A DNA stretch of 37,839 nt from an uncultured Gammaproteobacteria bacterium. GTDB taxonomy: Bacteria; Patescibacteriota; Microgenomatia; UBA10105; UBA927. The DNA lies in contig CAZOTW010000005.1 in assembly GCA_964582845.1 (NCBI GenBank), forward strand, positions 1 through 37,839. The letters are read 5' to 3'. The position numbers were made by a program, and so were the translations under genes. How positions within the stretch are numbered: the first letter of the stretch is position 1; the number at the start of each line of letters is the position of its first letter. The notes beneath the pieces are model-generated. The model was not told the DNA's origin and did not search any database. It saw nothing but the letters and a program-made list of their open reading frames with translations. Below, in pieces: positions 32,809-37,839 of this stretch.

Positions 32809-32841
32809 AAAAAAAAGCCGGTATAAATTAATTTACCGGCT
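32809..32841 (-). terminator. Rho-independent terminator (minus strand) after the terminase/HTH unit
   Basis: agccggta (32816-32823) pairs with taccggct (32834-32841), with a 10-nt AT loop. On the minus strand it is followed by T8 (plus-strand A-run 32809-32816). It lies 19 nt after the stop at 32860. Confidence 0.8.
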
Positions 32842-32859
32842 AAATGCAGATTGGCAATT

Positions 32860-33057
32860 TTACTTTTTATTAAATCTACACCGAATAATCGACTCCCTAG
32901 AAACACGAACAGATCCGACAATCTTTTCACTCGAAAGATGCCCATGCTCAATCCAAAGCCGTATAGTTCGCTCGGTAACGCAGAAATAATCGGCTACCTC
33001 TGGAATATTAAACAAGCTTTTTTTCGGCAGAAGCGAGTCTTCGTTTTCTTCAGTCAT
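32860..33057 (-). CDS. Excisionase/MerR-type (HTH_17-like) DNA-binding protein, copy 2
   Basis: LFNIPEVADYFCVTERTIRLWIEHGHLSSEKIVGSVRVSRESI. ATGA coupling to copy 1 (start at ATG 33057). Confidence 0.7.
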   Translation of the reverse strand: MTEENEDSLLPKKSLFNIPEVADYFCVTERTIRLWIEHGHLSSEKIVGSVRVSRESIIRCRFNKK

Positions 33058-33326
33058 ACCGGACGTCTCGAATTGAACTTGCACATTGTAATTGATAGCA
33101 TAGGTATACGTCTGTTTTTCTCTTCTAAATGGCCGTGGTCAATCCATATTTTTATTGTTGATTCTGACGTTCGGAGGTGCTGTGCTGCTTCGAAATGAGA
33201 AACTAACTTCTCTTCTTCTGGTTCTGATGTGATGGAATTCTGTTGCAAACCACGTTCTATTTCAGTCTTTTTGATATTGGCAATTGTTTCATCTGATTTG
33301 TTTTTACTTCCTTTTGGTCGTGACAT
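33054..33326 (-). CDS. Excisionase/MerR-type (HTH_17-like) DNA-binding protein, copy 1
   Basis: LVSHFEAAQHLRTSESTIKIWIDHGHLEE is parallel to copy 2 (TI+xWI+HGHL). The N-terminal tail is basic. Confidence 0.65.
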   Translation of the reverse strand: MSRPKGSKNKSDETIANIKKTEIERGLQQNSITSEPEEEKLVSHFEAAQHLRTSESTIKIWIDHGHLEEKNRRIPMLSITMCKFNSRRPV

Positions 33327-33343
33327 TATTCCTCCTGTTTTTA

Positions 33344-35080
33344 TTACAAAGACATCCTATTGAGAATCTCATTGTATTCCATTTCCTCATAAACTGATTT
33401 TACAGGATCTTGATTTTCAATTGTAATTCCTATAGCCATAAGCAGTGCAACCATATCATCTATTTTATCTACAGATTTTTTTCGATCGGGTGCCATATTA
33501 AGATTTACATCTCTACGGGCAACGATGTTCGACGCGCACCAATTTAATACCGGGTCGCCGCCGTGCTTTATCTTACCAGATACGTATAGCTCTTCAAGTT
33601 TTTTCATCGCCGGGTGAAAGCTTTTCGTGCCTTGGATGAACTCTACCAATTTCATTCCGCTCTTTGTTAAATTATTTGCCGTCCCTGCCGCATTCCACGT
33701 ATCGAAGGCTATTTTCTGTATTTTAAACCTCGAATCAAGTTCTTTTATGTCGTTTTCTACTACTTCGTAATCAATTACGTTCCCTTCTGTCCGCTTGATC
33801 AATCCAGTGTTTACCCATGCAGCATACGGAACGGTCCCGCGCTCGGTGCGGTACTTTATTGCATCTTCAGGACACCAGCGCCAGCCGTGAGTATAATACA
33901 TCCCCTCCACATCCCATAGTAGCCTGAATGCCGCTAAATCCATTGTACTTGCCAAATCGAGACCACCATAACATGGATAACCCTTTAGAAACTCAAGGTC
34001 AATTTCTGACGAACAGGCCCGCCATTTGATAAGATCAATCCATCCTCCAGCGGTAGAGGCTTGACGGTTAAGTCTTTTAATCTTAAATTCTGCAAGCTTT
34101 GACGGCATCTGCTTTGCTTCGATCGCTTCTTTACGTATCGCCGTCAGAAGATTAGGATTCGATTCAATCAACGGATTGGCTTTTACCCATACGGATTCAT
34201 CGAAGTCGTCATCGGCTTTTATTCCGGCCGACTTGTCTTCATCGTCAACAGCCCAGAACAAAGCGAGAAAATGATCGGCGTCATTACCGAAAACGCCAAG
34301 AAGTAATTTTTTTGCGAAATCGCGCAGTTCCCCCCACGGTCCCGGCGAAGTGTATCCCTCTGTGGTGGTATAAAGCCACAGCGGATTAGACCGCGCTCCT
34401 GCCGCCGATGTCAATACGTTTAACAGGTCTGCCGTTTTGTGGGCGTGGATTTCATCAAGCGCGGTATGGGAAGGGTTAAGCCCGTCTTGAGTGCTTGCCT
34501 TTGCATGGATCGGCTTAAAGCTACTTCCTGTTTCAATCCTTGTAATCGCCTTTGACCATACTTCAAGCCCGAATGCCTCTCTTAAATCAGGGGTTTTTTC
34601 CACCATCTTTTTTGCTATTGTAAATATTATTGCAGCCTGTGGAAAGGTAGTTGCCGCGCTCAATAGTTGCGCCCCTGGCTCTTCTTCGCAGCATTTACAA
34701 TAAAGCATTATTGCCGCTGAAATAGTTGATTTGGCACTTTTTCTTGCTGTTGCAAACAATGCAGAAGTAAAACGCCTATAACCTGTCTTTTTATCACGGA
34801 ATCCGAATAGTTGAACAATAAAAAAACACTGTGCCGGGATAAGTATGATTGTTGGAGAATCCCATTTACCCTCAACGTGTGGCAGTTTTTCTATAAAATC
34901 ACAGGCATTATCGCCGTTCCATTTATCAAACTTAAAGTTACATTCTTTCGCTTTCGATCTCTTTAGGTCATCAATGAACCGCTGTGCCGCTAATCGTATC
35001 CATCGGCCATGCCGCTTATTTTTTTTATCGGCAATGGCAGCTTTAGCGTATTCTATAGCTATGGATGCGTAATCTTTCAT
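33344..35080 (-). CDS. terL: Terminase large subunit (Terminase_1 type)
   Basis: GKWDSPTIILIPAQCFFIVQLFGFRDKKTGYRRFTSALFATARKSAKST (Walker-like region), LDEIHAH, and a C-terminal nuclease region. The ATG at 35080 overlaps the TerS stop (TGATG). TTG 35086 is an alternative start. Confidence 0.93.
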   Translation of the reverse strand: MKDYASIAIEYAKAAIADKKNKRHGRWIRLAAQRFIDDLKRSKAKECNFKFDKWNGDNACDFIEKLPHVEGKWDSPTIILIPAQCFFIVQLFGFRDKKTGYRRFTSALFATARKSAKSTISAAIMLYCKCCEEEPGAQLLSAATTFPQAAIIFTIAKKMVEKTPDLREAFGLEVWSKAITRIETGSSFKPIHAKASTQDGLNPSHTALDEIHAHKTADLLNVLTSAAGARSNPLWLYTTTEGYTSPGPWGELRDFAKKLLLGVFGNDADHFLALFWAVDDEDKSAGIKADDDFDESVWVKANPLIESNPNLLTAIRKEAIEAKQMPSKLAEFKIKRLNRQASTAGGWIDLIKWRACSSEIDLEFLKGYPCYGGLDLASTMDLAAFRLLWDVEGMYYTHGWRWCPEDAIKYRTERGTVPYAAWVNTGLIKRTEGNVIDYEVVENDIKELDSRFKIQKIAFDTWNAAGTANNLTKSGMKLVEFIQGTKSFHPAMKKLEELYVSGKIKHGGDPVLNWCASNIVARRDVNLNMAPDRKKSVDKIDDMVALLMAIGITIENQDPVKSVYEEMEYNEILNRMSL

Positions 35081-35598
35081 CAACAAGCCTGAACATTTAC
35101 GTTGTTGTAAAATTTATTTTGTTTACGCTGTGAATTTACATCTTTAGTTTTTGTTCTGCTTGATGGCGTCATCCCAAACTCGCTTAAAAATTTATGACAA
35201 TCCCTTCTCGCCGTATTCGCTATATTTAGAAATGGAGAATTTATCACATTGCCGTTTTTCGTTACCATTATAAGGCCGGTTTTAATGCTGGTTCCATCGG
35301 AAGTTTTCATAGATATAAACGTTTTCTTCATTAGTTCGTCGGCTTCTCTGAGAACACCCCATGCCTGACAATAGATTTCAAATTCTGCGTAGTCTAATTG
35401 TGTCAACAATCCGTTATTATATAAAACTTTCGACATTCTCAACCATTCGACTTTTGCGTGATCCGTCAAATGCGCTGGTGGTAGTGGTATTTCACTATCT
35501 ATTTCTGGTGTAGGTTCATTTTCGTTGCGGCGGCAGGGGCGGTCTGTGCCGTTTATGACGTGGAATTGTGTCGGTTTTCGTTTTCGGCCTGCGGTCAT
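35080..35598 (-). CDS. terS: Terminase small subunit, P27 family
   Basis: GRKRKPTQFHVINGTDRP...PPAHLTDHAKVEWLRMSKVL...LTQLDYAEFEIYCQAW...FGMTPSSRTK follows the P27-family pattern. Confidence 0.85.
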   Translation of the reverse strand: MTAGRKRKPTQFHVINGTDRPCRRNENEPTPEIDSEIPLPPAHLTDHAKVEWLRMSKVLYNNGLLTQLDYAEFEIYCQAWGVLREADELMKKTFISMKTSDGTSIKTGLIMVTKNGNVINSPFLNIANTARRDCHKFLSEFGMTPSSRTKTKDVNSQRKQNKFYNNVNVQAC

Positions 35599-35654
35599 AT
35601 CATCAATTCCGCGATGTATTCTAACTCAAAATACATATTTTTATTAAAAACAGG

Positions 35655-35683
35655 TTGATTTTTTAATGGTTTATAGCTATATT
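35655..35683 (+). promoter_or_regulatory. Candidate sigma70-like promoter (plus strand)
   Basis: TTGATT (35655-35660), 17-nt spacer, TATATT (35678-35683). The region is AT-rich, so chance matches are likely. Confidence 0.25.
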
Positions 35684-35752
35684 TAATTATAATTTTTTCT
35701 TAGTTCTTTTTCAGTACCCTACCACATCTCACAATACGCGCACGACTATTAT

Positions 35753-35826
35753 GCCCGTATTTAATCGCACCATTCCCTTTCGTGGTAGGGGGGGAAAGGA
35801 AAGTCTGATTAAATACGGGCTTTTTT
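35753..35826 (+). terminator. Long nested hairpin with U-tract (terminator-like on plus strand) in the non-coding region upstream of terS
   Basis: gcccgtatttaatc (35753-35766) pairs perfectly with gattaaatacgggc (35807-35820) and is followed by tttttt (35821-35826). An inner helix (35773-35781 with 35794-35801, one bulge) is also present. The apical loop gtggtaggg (35782-35790) is complementary to ccctaccac (35717-35725). Confidence 0.5.
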
Positions 35827-36023
35827 ATTTGTATCTCAAACCGGATTAGGTAAAGACAAATAGGCTTGAGCAAGTCCACAAACCTGGAAATCATGTTAGG
35901 GGTCATCGGTTTCGTGTCGAAAACTGCGGTGTCAGATCGACTTTTCAAAACTCTCCGCACTGGGGGGTTTTGAGGTGTCTCTTTCAACAGTATCAGTTTA
36001 ATTTCTTTAACAGGAGGTTTTGT

Positions 36024-36188
36024 ATGGCCAAGGTAACAAGAGAACATTTCATAACAGCAAAAGAAAAAGGTTGGGGCATAAAAGAAATTGCCACGGCTTG
36101 TGGTGTGTCGAAACAGGCTGTTATTCACATGCGCAAAAAATACTTTCCTCAAGGTTTTCCACCTTCCGAAGAAACCGCAGGAAAATAA
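36024..36188 (+). CDS. Small helix-turn-helix protein (54 aa), the only plus-strand gene in the right 35 kb
   Basis: AGGAGG (36012-36017) lies 6 nt before ATG 36024. GIKEIATACGVSKQAVIHMRKK is a classic HTH. The 3' end overlaps the convergent PAPS-reductase gene by 40 nt. Confidence 0.6.
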   Translation: MAKVTREHFITAKEKGWGIKEIATACGVSKQAVIHMRKKYFPQGFPPSEETAGK

Positions 36189-37033
36189 ACCCTTCTTTCC
36201 ATTTTATCAAAAATGCCAGGATCGTTTTTGTACGGTTTTGGCATTTCTTCATTCCATGCTTTTAATTTTTTCCACATATCAGGATAATATTTACAAAGTT
36301 TTGCAAGGTCTGTTTGATTTTGAAGTGGACAACACCAGCACGACACCCGACTAAAATGATCGTATAGTCCTGACCATCTATAACCTCGGTCAAAACAGTA
36401 TTTTAGGCAATCCTTTTCAGTCATGCCCCATTCAACCAGCGGGTATTCGTTTGACTGGAAATGATCGTGCGTTACATGGAATCCCTTTTGTGCTGCCTTA
36501 ATTACTCGTTTTGGTTCATCAACTGCAAACCCAAAATAAAAAATATATGGCCTGTATTCTCTTAACGCCTGCCTGATTGTTAATAATTTAAGCAGCGTAC
36601 ACCAACGCATCATCGGTGTTGGCCACCCATTAATTTCTTTGTTGTTTGGCTGCAATGTTTTGGCCATATCATAAAAATCTACCTTATGCTTAACTCTTTG
36701 TATTTTAATACCAGTATTTTTTTCTACAAGGTTTATATGCTCTGCCATTTGAGGCCATTCAAAAGAACCACAGTCAAAATATATTACCTTGTCCACCCTT
36801 CTTTTTTCTTCGATAAGCTTTAGAAGCATTGCGGTAGAATCTTTGCCCCCAGAAAAAGAAACTATTCGCATAGCATCATTTTCAATCTCTCTTTTCTTCT
36901 CGTAAAAACCAGACCTCTTCTCACAAACCTTACACCACGCCCAATGACCATCCGGCGCTTTGGTGTTTTTGTTAAACATCGAAATCGGTTTTCTTTCCTT
37001 GCAGAACATGCATTCTTTAAGGCTCAAATTCAT
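36149..37033 (-). CDS. PAPS reductase family / PP-loop protein with N-terminal zinc-ribbon (IbrA / DndC-like)
   Basis: CMFCKERK...WCKVCEKR, PP-loop SFSGGKDST, RWCT, and a C-terminal CWCCPL. Confidence 0.88.
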   Translation of the reverse strand: MNLSLKECMFCKERKPISMFNKNTKAPDGHWAWCKVCEKRSGFYEKKREIENDAMRIVSFSGGKDSTAMLLKLIEEKRRVDKVIYFDCGSFEWPQMAEHINLVEKNTGIKIQRVKHKVDFYDMAKTLQPNNKEINGWPTPMMRWCTLLKLLTIRQALREYRPYIFYFGFAVDEPKRVIKAAQKGFHVTHDHFQSNEYPLVEWGMTEKDCLKYCFDRGYRWSGLYDHFSRVSCWCCPLQNQTDLAKLCKYYPDMWKKLKAWNEEMPKPYKNDPGIFDKMERRVYFPAVSSEGGKP

Positions 37034-37610
37034 GGCCGCACTCCGGACAGATGCATTTCTTTATTGTGTTCTTGTCTGGTTTTTTTTCTTCGGGAACTTC
37101 TACTTCTGGTTTTGGAGAGAGTCCAAGTTCCCATTCATCAAAACCCCATTCAATCAAATCATTTAATTCAAAACCACCTGCAAGGCTTTCCCAATTCCAC
37201 GAACCGCCCGAAATGTTATCCTTGATAACAAATTCCTGTTTTTCATCTTCGGTAAAATCGTCGGCACAAATCGCCCATCCTTCAGGAAATATCCCACGAA
37301 ACAGCGGCTCAAGGATATCGATATTACCGGACAGATCTTTGGTTGCGGTCGATTTCTCTTTGAGTATAGATTCAATCTTTGATCTGCCTTTTTTGGATAT
37401 ATCAAGCATGGCTTCATACCGCATATTGCCGCCCAAGATCATACCAGTTTCGTCATATATCACCTGACGTTTTGATGACATTTTAGGAAAAAAAATGATA
37501 GAGTTGACCAGTTTCTTAAACTTTTCATCCTTGATTATGCGGGGGTTCTTCGGGTTTTTATGGATTGCATCCAGTGGGACCATTTTGATTTCTGGCAATG
37601 AATTATTCAA
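37017..37610 (-). CDS. ParB-like nuclease domain protein (IbrB / DndB-like) with C-terminal zinc-ribbon
   Basis: VPLDAIHKNPKNPRII...LVNSI...ILGGNMRYEAM is the ParB N-terminal-domain pattern. The C-terminus has CICPECGHEF. The TTG start is preceded by GGAGG plus 8 nt; ATG 37583 is an alternative. Confidence 0.85.
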   Translation of the reverse strand: MNNSLPEIKMVPLDAIHKNPKNPRIIKDEKFKKLVNSIIFFPKMSSKRQVIYDETGMILGGNMRYEAMLDISKKGRSKIESILKEKSTATKDLSGNIDILEPLFRGIFPEGWAICADDFTEDEKQEFVIKDNISGGSWNWESLAGGFELNDLIEWGFDEWELGLSPKPEVEVPEEKKPDKNTIKKCICPECGHEFEP

Positions 37611-37752
37611 TTTCTTTACCTCCCGACTCGTTTATCTTGTCTAAAATAGCTTTTTTGGCGAAATTATTGCGTAATACTCCAAATTTTTTACAAGCAGCAA
37701 CAAACTTGGCGTGTTCGACTTCAGACATTTTGATGGATACCGTTTTTTCCAT
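37603..37752 (-). CDS. Ribbon-helix-helix (CopG/Arc-like) protein (49 aa, not in ORF track)
   Basis: Hand translation gives MEKTVSIKMSEVEHAKFVAACKKFGVLRNNFAKKAILDKINESGGKEIE*. Its stop overlaps the ParB-like start. Confidence 0.65.
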   Translation of the reverse strand: MEKTVSIKMSEVEHAKFVAACKKFGVLRNNFAKKAILDKINESGGKEIE

Positions 37753-37758
37753 ATTTTA

Positions 37759-37787
37759 AATATAATTAATAAATTTTTATAATGTAA
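37759..37787 (-). promoter_or_regulatory. Sigma70-like promoter, candidate leaderless transcript for the RHH-ParB-PAPS reductase operon
   Basis: On the minus strand: TTACAT (37787-37782), 17-nt spacer, TATATT (37764-37759), 6 nt, then ATG 37752. Confidence 0.4.
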
Positions 37788-37839
37788 TTTAAATATTTTT
37801 AAAGGGGGGTCTAAAATTTCGGCCGTGGAAAAAAGTGAT

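Larger units (their letters stand above)
196..37839 (-). mobile_element. Tailed-phage / prophage genome segment (HK97-type head module, siphovirus-type tail module); ends not visible in window
   Basis: The canonical order TerS-TerL-portal-protease-MCP-connector-adaptor-tail tube-G/GT-tape measure-distal tail genes is all on the minus strand. Neighbouring genes have pervasive 1-14 nt start/stop overlaps. Confidence 0.9.

Noticed and set aside
35700-36152. 150-aa minus-strand ORF in the gap between the PAPS reductase gene and terS (where an HNH endonuclease might be expected)
   Set aside because: The composition is odd (Phe/Cys/Pro-rich) and there is no HNH or other motif and no SD. It would have to encode the 14-bp perfect inverted repeat and T/G homopolymers. 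Its 5' part is antisense to a well-signalled plus-strand HTH gene. It remains a formal possibility because 150 codons is long for an AT-rich region.

Overview
The window reads as one tightly packed tailed-phage genome segment or prophage (siphovirus-type, HK97-fold). Its boundaries are not visible in the window.

Layout:
- Plus strand: a short operon at 196-2502 (radical-SAM-motif Gp37/Gp68-like protein, RusA-like resolvase) and one small HTH gene at 36024-36188.
- Minus strand, right to left: RHH regulator, ParB-like protein and PAPS-reductase-like protein (37752-36149); about 430 bp of structured non-coding DNA (candidate cos/pac or regulatory region); TerS and TerL; two tandem excisionase-type HTH genes; a terminator and 10-bp iterons; portal; ClpP-like prohead protease; HK97-type major capsid protein; two Ala/Thr/Gly-rich small proteins; gp6-like connector.
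- Next comes a four-gene glycosyltransferase/methyltransferase insert (27163-24729).
- Then head-tail adaptor, gp10-like protein, tail terminator, major tail protein, G and G-T chaperones, tape measure and distal tail/hub proteins.
- Then a long accessory arm (17133-5728). Six of its ORFs carry Sec-type signal peptides, including a 1255-aa double beta-helix protein and a BNR propeller.
- That arm wraps a lysis-like cluster of micro-ORFs, a class-3 lipase and a holin, with no recognisable peptidoglycan hydrolase.
- Last come small Zn-ribbon/RHH regulators, a second PAPS reductase and a 116-nt inverted repeat with 21-bp arms.

I saw no integrase, replication genes, tRNA, rRNA, CRISPR array or reverse transcriptase.

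Most interesting candidates:
1. The Maf/CstII-like, GT-A and SAM-methyltransferase cassette, translationally coupled inside the head-neck operon (possible virion or DNA glycosylation).
2. The run of signal-peptide proteins coupled to tail genes.
3. The lysis region without an endolysin but with a lipase.
4. Two structured non-coding elements (3362-3477 and 35614-35826).

All family assignments come from motif recognition by eye. No database search was run.
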